Shown: one piece after another, positions 18,316 to 30,168 of the stretch
Layout: each line of letters starts with the position of its first letter
Position numbering within the stretch: position 1 is the first letter of the stretch
DNA from: Planctomycetota bacterium
Lineage (GTDB): Bacteria > Planctomycetota > UBA8108 > SXIK01
DNA: 64,000 bases
Reading direction: 5' to 3'
Assembly: GCA_965223845.1 (NCBI GenBank)
Contig: CBDCXR010000004.1
Span: 3,776,001-3,840,000, forward strand
Program-made: the position numbers and the translations under genes
Notes under the pieces: generated by a model
Database searches by the model: none
What the model saw: the letters and a program-made list of their open reading frames with translations, nothing else
What the model was told of the DNA's origin: nothing

Positions 18316-19791
18316 ATGAGACCAATCGCCAAGATCTCCCTGCTGCTCCTAGCGCTTGCGTGTACCCCTCAGGCGATGTCCGCGCCGAAGAAGATTCTTC
18401 TCGTCGGCACGCATCCGAGTCACGGGTACAACCAGCACGAATACCTCCACGGGAATCGCATTCTCGCGCACTGCCTGCGGCAGAACGGCGTCGACGCCGT
18501 GTCCTACAACGGCTTTCCTCCGGCGGAGGAGATCAATGAGGCGGCGCACTTCCACCTCTTCTGCTCCTGGGGCGGCGACTTCGTGCTAAAGGATGCGGAC
18601 CGCCGGGCAATCTTCCTCGCAAACATTCGCCGCGGCATGGGCTTCTCGACGCTTCACTTTGCGTGCGATATCACCCCCGACCTCGAAGACAAGGGACTCG
18701 GCGACGTCTACATGGAGGCGCTCGGGGCGTTTTACGACACCGGGTTCTCGCGCAACCCGCACAATACGGTCACTCTTCGTCCGGCGAACGTCGGGCATCC
18801 GATTCTGAGCGGCGTGAGCGAGCTGACGCAGCACGACGAGATCTACTTCAACCTGCGGTTCATGCCGTACACGCGTCCGGTCCTCGTCGGACGAATCAAG
18901 GATCGCGACGGCGACTTCGATCGCTGGGTCTCGTGGTGTTACGAACGTCCCGACGGCGGGCGCTCGTTCGGCTACACGGGAGCGCACTTCCACAAGACCT
19001 TCGAAGCGGAGAGTTTCCGGCGCCACCTCGTAAACGGGATTCTCTGGTCGGCGAAAGTCGAGCTTCCCGAAGGAGGGGCGAAGGTCGACTTCGATCCCGC
19101 GTGGCTCGTTCCGCCGCGCCGGAAGGCACCGGCTGGTCGCCCCCCCGCGGGAAAGCTCCTTCCGCTGGACCGGGCGGGAGGCGACGCGGAGTGGGTGAAC
19201 ATCCTCACGGCCGAATCCTTTCCGCGGTGGACGCAGAAAGGTAAGGCGAACTGGAAGCTCGAAGACGGAGTGCTCACCGGAACGGGGCCGGTCGGTCACG
19301 TCTTCAGCCCGCGCGGCGACTACGCCAACTTCGAGTACGAGGCCGAGGTGAAGATCAGCAACGATTCGAACAGCGGCATGTACTTTCGTGCGGAGCTCGG
19401 CGACTCGTGGCCGAATGGCTACGAAGCGCAGGTGAACGCCTCGCACGGCGATCCCGTACGCTCCGGCAGCCTCTATCACTTCGAGAAGGTGTTCGAGAAA
19501 TATACGAAAAACGACGAGTGGTTCACGCAGCGCATCGTCGCCGCCGGAAACCGGATCACCATTTCGATCAACGGTGCTCCCGTCGTCGACGTCGATATGG
19601 ACGAGAAGCTCGCCCGAGTTCAGACTCAGCTCGCCGCGGAGACGGACGCGAGAAAGAAGCGTCAGCTCGGCCGGCTCGCACAGCAGATCGACAGCTTTCG
19701 CAAGCTCGAACGAGGCCACTTCGCGTTCCAGCAGCATCACGACGGTAGCGTGGTTCAGTACCGGAACGTCCGCGTGCGCGAATTGCCCTAG
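18316..19791 (+). CDS. Secreted ThuA-like plus DUF1080 (3-keto-disaccharide hydrolase family) fusion
   Basis: Signal peptide; ThuA-like segment HEY...HPIL...DEIYF...RPDGGRSFGYTGAH; DUF1080 segment NSGMYFR...GYEAQV...GHFAFQQH...YRNVRVREL. Confidence 0.85.
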   Translation: MRPIAKISLLLLALACTPQAMSAPKKILLVGTHPSHGYNQHEYLHGNRILAHCLRQNGVDAVSYNGFPPAEEINEAAHFHLFCSWGGDFVLKDADRRAIFLANIRRGMGFSTLHFACDITPDLEDKGLGDVYMEALGAFYDTGFSRNPHNTVTLRPANVGHPILSGVSELTQHDEIYFNLRFMPYTRPVLVGRIKDRDGDFDRWVSWCYERPDGGRSFGYTGAHFHKTFEAESFRRHLVNGILWSAKVELPEGGAKVDFDPAWLVPPRRKAPAGRPPAGKLLPLDRAGGDAEWVNILTAESFPRWTQKGKANWKLEDGVLTGTGPVGHVFSPRGDYANFEYEAEVKISNDSNSGMYFRAELGDSWPNGYEAQVNASHGDPVRSGSLYHFEKVFEKYTKNDEWFTQRIVAAGNRITISINGAPVVDVDMDEKLARVQTQLAAETDARKKRQLGRLAQQIDSFRKLERGHFAFQQHHDGSVVQYRNVRVRELP

Positions 19792-19841
19792 TCCTGCACG
19801 GGAAAACGAGGCGACGGCTCTCAAGCTCGAGTGCGTCGCCC

Positions 19842-20591
19842 CTAGTCTCGCCGCCGCAGATTCGAACGAACGAACTCGCGATTGAGTCGCGCGATGTTTT
19901 CGACGCGGATCGACTTCGGGCACGCGGCCTCGCACTCGCTCTCGTTCGTGCAGTTGCCGAAGCCTTCATCGTCCATCGCTTCGATCATCGCGCGTGCACG
20001 GCGAGCTCGCTCCGGCTGTCCCTGCGGGAGAAGCGCGAGCTGCGAGACCTTCGCGGAAACGAACAGCATCGCAGAGGCGTTCTTGCACGAGGCCACGCAG
20101 GCGCCGCAACCGATGCACGCCGCTGCGTCCATCGCGAGGTCGGCGTTTTCCTTCGGAATCGCGATCGCGTTCGCGTCGGGAGCCGCCCCCGTCCGCACCG
20201 ACACGTAGCCACCGGCGCGGATGATTCGGTCGAAGCTCGAACGGTCGACAACGAGATCCTTCACCACCGGGAACGCGCCCGCGCGCCACGGCTCGATCTC
20301 GATCGTGTCGCCGCTCCGAAAGTGCCGCATGTGGAGCTGACAGACCGTCGTCCCGCGCTCGGGTCCGTGGGCGCGCCCGTCGATGACGAGGCTGCACATT
20401 CCACAGATTCCTTCGCGGCAATCGTGGTCGAATGCGACCGGATCCTCGCCGCGACGCTCGAGATCTTCGTTGAGGACGTCCAGCATTTCGAGGAACGACG
20501 CCTCTTCCGAGATCCCGCTCACCTCGTACGTGACCATACGACCGGGATCTTGCGCGTTCTTCTGCCGCCAGATCTTGAGCGTCAACTCCAT
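19842..20591 (-). CDS. sdhB: Succinate dehydrogenase/fumarate reductase Fe-S subunit
   Basis: Motifs [21 protein letters not shown] and [14 protein letters not shown]. Confidence 0.95.
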   Translation of the reverse strand: MELTLKIWRQKNAQDPGRMVTYEVSGISEEASFLEMLDVLNEDLERRGEDPVAFDHDCREGICGMCSLVIDGRAHGPERGTTVCQLHMRHFRSGDTIEIEPWRAGAFPVVKDLVVDRSSFDRIIRAGGYVSVRTGAAPDANAIAIPKENADLAMDAAACIGCGACVASCKNASAMLFVSAKVSQLALLPQGQPERARRARAMIEAMDDEGFGNCTNESECEAACPKSIRVENIARLNREFVRSNLRRRD

Positions 20592-20602
20592 CGCGCCGCT
20601 CG

Positions 20603-22512
<1,910 letters not shown>

Positions 22513-22516
<4 letters not shown>

Positions 22517-23166
22517 TGCGCGCCCTCCGCGAAGAAGTACGCGTAGAGAGGAAGAGACGCGTACCCGACCGCCACGAAGATCGCGAACAGACGACCCGCG
22601 ATGCGGACGAGCGCAACGCACTTCGGCTGCGACAGGCCGAGACTTCGAAACGCGCTTTGAAACCCGTGGCTCACGTGGAGCGCGACGACGCAGGATGCGA
22701 AGACGTACCAAATCACGTAGTAGGACCCGTGGAACTTGTCGATCACGAGATCGTACAGCGACGCGCCTTCTGCCTTCGCGAACCGGAAGTCCTTGAGGTG
22801 GAGAACGAGGAAAACGAGGACGATGATCCCCGAATAGATCATGGTCGAGCTCGCGATCGTTCGCTCTCCGGCCGAGGCCCGAGCGACGTAGCGTACGGGG
22901 CGCGCACGACGGTTTTCGATCGTCACCCACACGGCGAAGACGATGTGGACGAGAAAGAGCGCGGCGAGGATCGCTTCCGCCGGGTAGTAGAAGAGGAGGT
23001 TCGACGTCATCGCCTCGGCGTAGGCGTCGAAGGCGTCCTTCCCGAAGAAGAGAAGAAAGTTCCCGAGGAGATGGAGAACCAAGAAGCCGCACAAGAGAAG
23101 GCCGCTCACCGCGACGCACTGCTTCTTGCCGATGGACGAACAGAGCGTCCGAAACATCCAGGTCAT
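22513..23166 (-). CDS. sdhC: Succinate dehydrogenase cytochrome b subunit (single-anchor type)
   Basis: About five TM segments with His residues (FLVLHL, LVHI, LVLHL, LHVSHG); ATGA overlap with sdhA. Confidence 0.92.
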
Positions 23167-23285
23167 GAAGGTGATCGAACCTCTCTCATCGTCACCGATT
23201 CGGGGTAGACGCCGAACAAGAGCGTTGCTGCCGAAGCGCGCGTGGGGAGCGGCATACGGGCGAACGCCGCGGGAAGAACCCAGAT

Positions 23286-23313
23286 ACTGTAGTCTTCGCA
23301 TCCGCGCCATCAA
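23286..23313 (-). promoter_or_regulatory. Putative sigma70 promoter of sdhCAB
   Basis: Minus strand TTGATG-N16-TACAGT. Confidence 0.45.
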
Positions 23314-23372
23314 GCCCCAACGTCGAGGCGATCGATCGCCGCCGCAAGCGCGGGCATTCGCCCGGTTGGAGG

Positions 23373-24287
23373 TCAGTTTTCAAGGATACTCTCGGCGGCG
23401 ACGCTCTCGCGCGACGTGGGAGGCGTCGCGCCGGCTCGAGCGGCCACGTAGGCGCCGCAGCGACAGCTCCATTCGAGCCACTCGGCGGGAGGGACGCCCC
23501 GGAAGTACGCGTCGAGGAACCCAGCGAGAAACGCGTCGCCGGCGCCGACCGTATCTCCGACTCGAACGCGAAACCCCGGGTGCGCGAAAAATGACCCGGC
23601 ATTGAGAAGGACGGCCCCGTGCGCTCCCCGAGTCACGCAGAGCGCAGCGAGCTCGAGCTGATCGGCGAGGCGCGCAAGAGCCGACCGAGCGGCGTCCGGA
23701 TCCGCGAGATCCTTCGGCCCGGCCTCGCCGGTCGTCCATTCGTACACCCGCGCAAACTCGTCGTCGTTCATCTTCACGAAATCCGCGACGGCTAGCGAGT
23801 CCTTCACGATCGCCGCATCGTCGTACGGGGGGCGGAGATTGACGTCGAAACATCGGATCGCATCGCGCGCCCAAAGCTCCCGCACCGCGAGCCGCGAGCG
23901 CTCGGATCTCTGGGCGAGCGAACCGTAGAGAACGAGATCCGCGGCGGGGAGGTCGGGGACGGCCATCCGATCCCACGCCGCGGGCGCCAAGATGTCGTAG
24001 GCGGGGATGCCGTCCTCGTCCGTCCGGACGAGGACGCGCCCGGTCGGCAGCTCGGGGTGAACCGCGATCCCCGCGGTCGACATGCCGAACGCTTCCATGC
24101 GGGAGCGCAGCTCCTCGCCGAGCACGTCGTCGCCGACCGACGAGACGAGCGTCGCTCCGTGCCCGAGTGCGGTCAGGTGGTAACAGACGTTGAAGACCGC
24201 TCCTCCGGGGAAGAGGCCGGCCGGCAGCGAGTCCCAGAGAACCTCGCCGATCGCGACGATCTCCCCCCGACGCGGTGTCCCGCTCAA
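23373..24287 (-). CDS. PfkB-family carbohydrate kinase (fructokinase-like)
   Basis: Motifs GEVLWD, PGGAVFNV, FDVNLR and DTVGAGDAF. Confidence 0.92.
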   Translation of the reverse strand: MSGTPRRGEIVAIGEVLWDSLPAGLFPGGAVFNVCYHLTALGHGATLVSSVGDDVLGEELRSRMEAFGMSTAGIAVHPELPTGRVLVRTDEDGIPAYDILAPAAWDRMAVPDLPAADLVLYGSLAQRSERSRLAVRELWARDAIRCFDVNLRPPYDDAAIVKDSLAVADFVKMNDDEFARVYEWTTGEAGPKDLADPDAARSALARLADQLELAALCVTRGAHGAVLLNAGSFFAHPGFRVRVGDTVGAGDAFLAGFLDAYFRGVPPAEWLEWSCRCGAYVAARAGATPPTSRESVAAESILEN

Positions 24288-25639
24288 CGCTGCCCTCCGT
24301 CCGTGCCCGATTCGCGCTCGGAGCGGGACGGCTTGGCCTCACCCCGCTTCGTCCGCAGATCGAACGCGATCAGCTTCCGCTCGTCGCGGACGTAGAGGCG
24401 ACCGCCGGAAAACGTGGGGACCGCCCACGCCGGCCAATCGAGGACGTCCGGAACCTCCGCGACGATCTTGTGTCCCTCGGGAGTCAAGCGAAGGAGATAG
24501 AGCTGACCGCGCTCGCCGAGAGCGATGAAATGGCCGTCGCCGTAGATGAACGTTCCCCGGCCGAGCGGGCTCCGCCACCGCCACTTCACGCGGCCCGTCG
24601 CGAGCTCGACGCAGTGGAGCTGAGCTTGACCTTCGTGCCGCCCGGCGAATCCGTACACGTGATCGTCCACGCAAACGATCGTCGACCAGTGGCTGTCGAG
24701 GATCTTCTCGCGCGAGAGGAGGTCGTCTTTCCACAAGACGTCGTAGTCGTCTGCTCGAAGCCGAAGCGCGACCGCGCCGGTACCGTAGGTCGCCGAGAAC
24801 AGCAGCTTGTCGCCGACGACGAGCGGCGTCGAAGCATTGACGGATTCGTGCTTCCTCGAACGCCAGGGAAAGTCCCATTTTCGTCGCCCAGCGACCGGGT
24901 CGAAGCACGCCATTCCCCCGCGGTGAAAGACGAAGAGTCGATCGACGCCAGCGACGGGGACCACGCGCGCGGCGGCGTAGCTTCCGCCTGCGGTCTTCTC
25001 CTTCCACACCGTCTCCCCCGTCCGCGCCTCCAGCGCGAGAGTGAGACCCGAGACTCCCATCGTCCCGCCCAAGTTGACGTAAAGGCGCCCACCGTGAAGC
25101 GCCGGGGCGGCGCCGACGCCGAAAAAATTTTGCGTCAGCGAGTACTCGCCGAGGAGATCGCGCCTCCACGCTTTTCGCCCGCTCTCGAGCTCGATCGCGT
25201 GGAGGATTCCGTTCGGGCCCAGTGTGTAAACGAGCTTCTTCTCCGCTGTGACGTCGACCTGGGGGCAGCAACGCGGCCCCCCGCTATACCCCCACGCGTC
25301 GACGTAGTCGGTGTCGTAGCTAAACCTCCAGCGACGATCGCCGGTCTCCGGGTCGAGGTCGTCCACGTGCATCTGACCGCGGACGCGATGGAAGAAGATC
25401 AGATGCTCGCCGACGACGATCACCGAGCTGTATCCCTCGCCGCCAGGGATGCGGAAGAGCTCGGGCGGACCGGTCTCGGGCCAGTCCTTCAGCCAGCCCG
25501 TCTCATCGAACGTAGCATCTTGCCGAGGGCCGAGCCAAAGGGCCCAATCGGTCGCGCTCACGCGCGAAGGGAGCGCGGTTCCGACGATCGCCGCCAGCAC
25601 TGCGAGCCAACGCCCGTCCCATCGAAGGTTTCGACGCAT
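24284..25639 (-). CDS. Secreted PQQ-binding-like beta-propeller protein
   Basis: Signal peptide, then DWALWLGP, GYSS and repeated D/E..TG...W blades, ending LYVRDERKLIAFDL. Confidence 0.88.
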   Translation of the reverse strand: MRRNLRWDGRWLAVLAAIVGTALPSRVSATDWALWLGPRQDATFDETGWLKDWPETGPPELFRIPGGEGYSSVIVVGEHLIFFHRVRGQMHVDDLDPETGDRRWRFSYDTDYVDAWGYSGGPRCCPQVDVTAEKKLVYTLGPNGILHAIELESGRKAWRRDLLGEYSLTQNFFGVGAAPALHGGRLYVNLGGTMGVSGLTLALEARTGETVWKEKTAGGSYAAARVVPVAGVDRLFVFHRGGMACFDPVAGRRKWDFPWRSRKHESVNASTPLVVGDKLLFSATYGTGAVALRLRADDYDVLWKDDLLSREKILDSHWSTIVCVDDHVYGFAGRHEGQAQLHCVELATGRVKWRWRSPLGRGTFIYGDGHFIALGERGQLYLLRLTPEGHKIVAEVPDVLDWPAWAVPTFSGGRLYVRDERKLIAFDLRTKRGEAKPSRSERESGTDGGQR

Positions 25640-25845
25640 CGATCTCTGCCTTTCCCCCGAGCGCGATCCACCACCGGCGACGAGACGCGCTCGCAGCGAG
25701 GTCATCGCGCGCGCACCTCGCCCGCGATCACGCGACGGCGTATTCTCCGCGGATGGCACGCGCCCCGCAACTTTCGTGCGGGTGTGCCCTCGTCCGCGGG
25801 ACTCGCAGCTCCGGCTGAACGACGTCGCGCCCGGGAGGGCAAAAG

Positions 25846-26018
25846 GGAATCGGAAGGGGTCGACCTGGTCGCGTCGAGCGCGACTTCACTCTCGGGGTGC
25901 ACACTTGGAACACCCCCACGTCCGCGGTCCAAACGGTCCCCGGAGGCCGGTGACCACGAGAGCGCGCGGGCAGTCCGAGGTTCTTCTGTCCGCGTCTCGT
26001 CAAACCCCTTCCGAACCG
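25846..26018 (-). ncRNA. Candidate 6S RNA-like structured RNA
   Basis: About 170 nt rod on the minus strand: closing stem GGAAGGGGUUUGAC/GUCGACCCCUUCC, purine-rich central bubble, apical stems CCCGCG/CGUGGG and CGUGGUC/GACCGCG with G-U pairs that favour this strand, followed by a U-run. Confidence 0.55.
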
Positions 26019-26184
26019 ATGAGCCTGTCTAGACTCGCGCTCTACCATGCCTCAGAACAGTGCAAATGGCACGCGAAAAAAACCACCGAGGGGAAGACTT
26101 TCCGCCGAGCCTCACGGGCCCCGAACATCGCGGCTGAACCGCCCGCGAACTCGGAGAGCGGAGCGAGAAACACGGCGACTCGAC

Positions 26185-27330
26185 TCAAGAAAGTCGACGT
26201 CGATAGTCGTCGTAGTCGAATTCTCGGACGACGCGGAGACGATCGGTCTCGGGATCGAAGAGCGCGATCGAGGGGAGCCGAACGCCATTGAACGTCGTCG
26301 TCTTCACCATCGTGTAGTGGATCATGTCCTCGAAGACGACCCGATCTCCCACCCCGAGCGGCTCGTCGAACGAATAGTCGCCGATCACGTCTCCCGCGAG
26401 ACAAGTCAGTCCGCCGAGACGATACGAGTACGGTTTCTCGCCCGGGCGTCCCGCGCCGCGAACCTCCGGTCGGTAGGGCATCTCGAGCACGTCCGGCATG
26501 TGCGCCGTCGCAGAAGTATCGAGAATCGCGATGTCGATGACGTTTCGAACGACGTCGAGAACCGACGCGACGAGAACGCCGGTCTCCCACCCGATGGCCT
26601 CCCCCGGCTCGAGGTAGACGTCGACTCCGTACCGCTCGCGAAAGCGGGAGATCAGTGCGCAGAGTCGCTCGACGTCGTACCCCGCGCGGGTAATGTGGTG
26701 ACCGCCGCCGAAGTTCACCCACTCGACCCGCTCGAGCGCCGGGCCGAACCCTTCCTCGACTGCGACCAGAGCGCGCTCGAGAACGTCGGCGCCCTGACCG
26801 CAAAGCGCGTGGAAGTGGAGTCCCCGAATCGGCCCGAGAGCGTCCGCCGAGAAGTCGAACTCGCGGCGCGGAATTCCGAGCCGCGACTGCGGCGCGCACG
26901 GATCGTAGAGCGCGACCTCGACCTCGGAGTGCTCGGGATTGACGCGGAGGCCGGGAGACACGCGACCATCGGTCGCCTCTACGGCCCCGCGAAACCGCCG
27001 CCACTGCGCGAACGAGTTGAAGCTCACGTGATCGGCGATCTCGAGGATCGCCGGAAACTCCGCGTCCGAGTAGGCCGGGGCGTAGACGTGGAGCTCACCG
27101 CCGAACTCCTCGGCCCCGAGGCGCGCCTCGTGGAGGCTGCTCGCCGCCGTGCCCGCGAGATAGCGCGCGCAGAGCGGAGCCGCGGCGTGGAGCGCGAATC
27201 CCTTGAGCGCGAGAAGCACTCGCGCTCCGCTGGACTCGCTGACTCCGCGCAAGACGCGTAGGTTTCGCTCGAGGCGCTTCTCGTTGCAGACGAAGCAGGG
27301 CGAGGGCGCCCGAGCGGGATCGAAGGTCAA
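26185..27330 (-). CDS. nspC: Carboxynorspermidine/carboxyspermidine decarboxylase
   Basis: Motifs PSPCFV, LLALKGF, GLRVNPE, YDPCAPQSRLG, GLHFH, GGGHHIT, HMPDVLEMPY and CLAGD; TTG start overlaps the upstream stop. Confidence 0.93.
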   Translation of the reverse strand: MTFDPARAPSPCFVCNEKRLERNLRVLRGVSESSGARVLLALKGFALHAAAPLCARYLAGTAASSLHEARLGAEEFGGELHVYAPAYSDAEFPAILEIADHVSFNSFAQWRRFRGAVEATDGRVSPGLRVNPEHSEVEVALYDPCAPQSRLGIPRREFDFSADALGPIRGLHFHALCGQGADVLERALVAVEEGFGPALERVEWVNFGGGHHITRAGYDVERLCALISRFRERYGVDVYLEPGEAIGWETGVLVASVLDVVRNVIDIAILDTSATAHMPDVLEMPYRPEVRGAGRPGEKPYSYRLGGLTCLAGDVIGDYSFDEPLGVGDRVVFEDMIHYTMVKTTTFNGVRLPSIALFDPETDRLRVVREFDYDDYRRRLS

Positions 27331-28502
27331 AGATCTCGCTCCACCCAGGGGAGCCCGTACGTCGGGAGAAGCTCCATGAACGGAGACGGGTCGAGTTGCT
27401 CGACATTGAACACGCCCTCGCCGCGCCAGATTCCGCGGAGCAGAAGCTGGGCCCCGATCATCGCCGGCACTCCCGTCGTGTACGAAACCGCCTGCGCGCC
27501 GACCTCGCGGTAGCACTCCGCGTGGTCGCACACGTTGTAGATGTACATCTTCCGCGGACGCCCGCCCGAATCTCCCTCGACGATGCACCCGATGCACGTC
27601 TTCCCGGCGTAAGTCTCACCCAGACGCCCCGGATCGGGGAGGACGGCCTTCAGAAACTGCAGCGGAACGATCGAGTGGCCCTCGTACTCGACTGGGTCGA
27701 TGCGCGTCATGCCGACGTTCTGAAGGACGCGAAGATGCGTGAGGTACTCGTCGCCGAACGTCATCCAAAAGCGGATGCGTTCGACCCCCGGAATGAACTT
27801 CGCGAGCGACTCCAGCTCCTCGTGGTAGAGGAGATACATCCGCCGCGGTCCGATCTCCGGAAAGTCGAACGTCTCTGAGACGGACAGCGGCTCCGTCTCG
27901 ACCCAGGCGCCGTTCTCGTAGTACTTCCCTCGCTGCGTGATCTCCCGGACGTTGATCTCCGGATTGAAATTCGTCGCGAACGGGTGGCCGTGGTCGCCGC
28001 CGTTGCAGTCGAGGATATCGATGGTTCGAATGGAGTCGAAGCGCTCCTTCGCGAGGTGAGCACAGAAGATGCTCGTCACGCCGGGATCGAATCCGCAGCC
28101 GAGGAGCGCCATGATGCCGCGCTCGCGAAAGCGATCGTGATACTCCCATTGCCAGCGATAGCAGAACTTCGCCTCGTCCGGCGGCTCGTAGTTCGCCGTG
28201 TCGAGGTAGTGGACGCCAGTCGCGAGGCACGCGTCCATGATCGCGAGATCTTGATAGGGAAGTGCGACGTTGACGACGAGGTCGGGACCGAAGTCTTCGA
28301 TCAGGCTCACGGTCTCGTCGACGTGATCCGCGTTCACCTGGGCCGTACGGATCGGGCGGTCGATCGCCGCTGCGATGCGATCACACTTCTCGAGCGTACG
28401 GCTCGCGAGACAGATCTCCTCGAACACCTCCGGCACCGCCGCGCACTTCCGCGCGACGACGTTTCCCACTCCGCCCGCCCCGATGATGAGTACTCTCGGC
28501 AT
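27327..28502 (-). CDS. Carboxynorspermidine dehydrogenase (saccharopine dehydrogenase family)
   Basis: Motifs IGAGGVG, ALPYQD, YLDTANYEP, GCGFDPG, FATNFNPEIN, YHEELESL and QAVSYTTGVP; coupled to nspC. Confidence 0.93.
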   Translation of the reverse strand: MPRVLIIGAGGVGNVVARKCAAVPEVFEEICLASRTLEKCDRIAAAIDRPIRTAQVNADHVDETVSLIEDFGPDLVVNVALPYQDLAIMDACLATGVHYLDTANYEPPDEAKFCYRWQWEYHDRFRERGIMALLGCGFDPGVTSIFCAHLAKERFDSIRTIDILDCNGGDHGHPFATNFNPEINVREITQRGKYYENGAWVETEPLSVSETFDFPEIGPRRMYLLYHEELESLAKFIPGVERIRFWMTFGDEYLTHLRVLQNVGMTRIDPVEYEGHSIVPLQFLKAVLPDPGRLGETYAGKTCIGCIVEGDSGGRPRKMYIYNVCDHAECYREVGAQAVSYTTGVPAMIGAQLLLRGIWRGEGVFNVEQLDPSPFMELLPTYGLPWVERDL

Positions 28503-28642
28503 CCCGACCTCCGGCACGGACCTCGCCGCGCCGAACGGATCGCGGGCGACAGCTCGGAGCCAGGATGTACCCGATGGACCGGGGCGGGAACAGAGCTAAT
28601 TCACCGCGCGAAAACGCCTTCGCGGGCGTGTCGACGTCGGGG

Positions 28643-29833
28643 TCAACAAGAGCCGTAGACACACTCCGTGTGCTCGTCGTCGACGGTCGGGTCCGGGCCG
28701 CAAGTCTCGAGACCCGGCGGAGCCGGAGGCGCCTCACCCTGAAAGAGGCTCCCGAGAAGATGGAGCGGGTCGTTCAGATTGATCCCGCCGTCGTCGTTCA
28801 CATCGGAGGCATCGGGACAGGGGGATGGATCCGCGCTCTTGAAGAGGTGGTTCAGGAGAGAAATCGCATCCGAAATATTGACCGATCCGTCGGTGTCGAA
28901 GTCGCCGCGGCGAAAGTCGACGGCCGGTGCGTCGCCGATGATCGCCGTACAGGTGAGGCTACCGTCCTCGCCGCAAGCGATGTCGCAGACGGACGCGACG
29001 AGCGTGTAGACATTCTCTCCGGCAACCGGCTCGGAATCGGTGTACCCCGTCGACGTGACGCGCGGTTGGTTCTCGAGCGGCACTCCGTTTCGCGAGAGCT
29101 CGATGCTCGTGTACGCGGTCCCCGCCGGACGCGTCCAGCGAACGCGAACCGAGCCGTTGTCGCGGACTTCGCAGGTGATCTCGGTCGGGCAGGGATCCGC
29201 ATCGTCGACGAAAAGCTCCGGCTCGAGAACGAAATCCGAGCTGTCGAGCGACGTATTGTGTCCCTGAATCGCGATGACGTTTTCGCCCGCTTGAAGCGAA
29301 GCGATCGCCTCGCAGTTGCTGATCACTATGCTCTGAAACTGATTCTCGCTCGCCCGATTCGTCGCCGTGGCGTCGAACGGAACTGGATCGCCGGGGTTCC
29401 CCGGGAGACCGACGCGCGCGGCCTCGATTCCGTTGATGTACGCCACGAAGCCGTCGTCGTAGCGAATGAAGAGCCTCAGCTTCGAGACCGCACTCGGATC
29501 GTCGATAGTAAAGATGCTGCGGATGTAGAGGCTCCAGAACCCGGTGTTGCCTCCACCGCCCTGCATCCCGTCGATCATGGTGTTGATCCAGGCCTCGCCG
29601 TACCCGAGCGCACTCGGACCGAGATCCCAGCGCCGATCGTCGTACTCGGCGGTGAACCAATCGGGATCGGGCTCTTCCACGCCGGGAAAGTACGTCCAGA
29701 GGTCACCGGATTGGATCAGCTGGACTTCTTCCGTCTTCGCCGGGGCCGCGAACACGAACGCGACGACGAACGGGACCGCAGACCGAGCGAAGCGCTTCGC
29801 TCCCACAAGCCTCTTCGGATGAACAGCGCGCAT
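28643..29833 (-). CDS. Secreted protein: galactose-binding-like domain, Ig/FN3-like domain and C-terminal dockerin-like module
   Basis: Signal peptide; W...GYG...YDDGFVAYING...GENVIAIQGHN; FRRGDFDTDGSVNISD...DVNDDGGINLND...CGPDP...C...C. Confidence 0.85.
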   Translation of the reverse strand: MRAVHPKRLVGAKRFARSAVPFVVAFVFAAPAKTEEVQLIQSGDLWTYFPGVEEPDPDWFTAEYDDRRWDLGPSALGYGEAWINTMIDGMQGGGGNTGFWSLYIRSIFTIDDPSAVSKLRLFIRYDDGFVAYINGIEAARVGLPGNPGDPVPFDATATNRASENQFQSIVISNCEAIASLQAGENVIAIQGHNTSLDSSDFVLEPELFVDDADPCPTEITCEVRDNGSVRVRWTRPAGTAYTSIELSRNGVPLENQPRVTSTGYTDSEPVAGENVYTLVASVCDIACGEDGSLTCTAIIGDAPAVDFRRGDFDTDGSVNISDAISLLNHLFKSADPSPCPDASDVNDDGGINLNDPLHLLGSLFQGEAPPAPPGLETCGPDPTVDDEHTECVYGSC

Positions 29834-30168
29834 CACACCCTCCCTCACGAACGTTCGCGACGCATCGGCCGCCGGATCGTAGCGAATCGAATCTCAAACC
29901 GGACGGCTTTGCGAGACCACAGTCGCGCCGCTCAGCGAGCGGCTCCGACCGAGCGGCGCCTCCGAGACCCCTGGAGATCCGCCGCAGGCAAGCGTCCGAG
30001 CGCCTTCCATTTAATGAGCGCTCGCCTCCCCTGTAAAGAACGGCGACGTGTCGACGCCGACTTCACTTGCCGCTCGGCGACGAATCGGTCAACATTCCCA
30101 GCCCGCGGGCGAGAGCCATCTACGATGAGGAGCCCGCCGCGAGTCCACTACCGCAAGGCGAACACCGC

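Noticed and set aside
25851-26013. tRNA-Sec, suggested by GGAAG...CTTCCG ends
   Set aside because: About 165 nt long, with no UCA anticodon arm, T-loop or CCA; a 6S-like rod fits better.
29900-30030. Hairpins between the dockerin gene and the MtlD-like gene
   Set aside because: Short GC-only stems (GCGCCGCTC/GAGCGGCGC) that are plausible by chance at this GC content.
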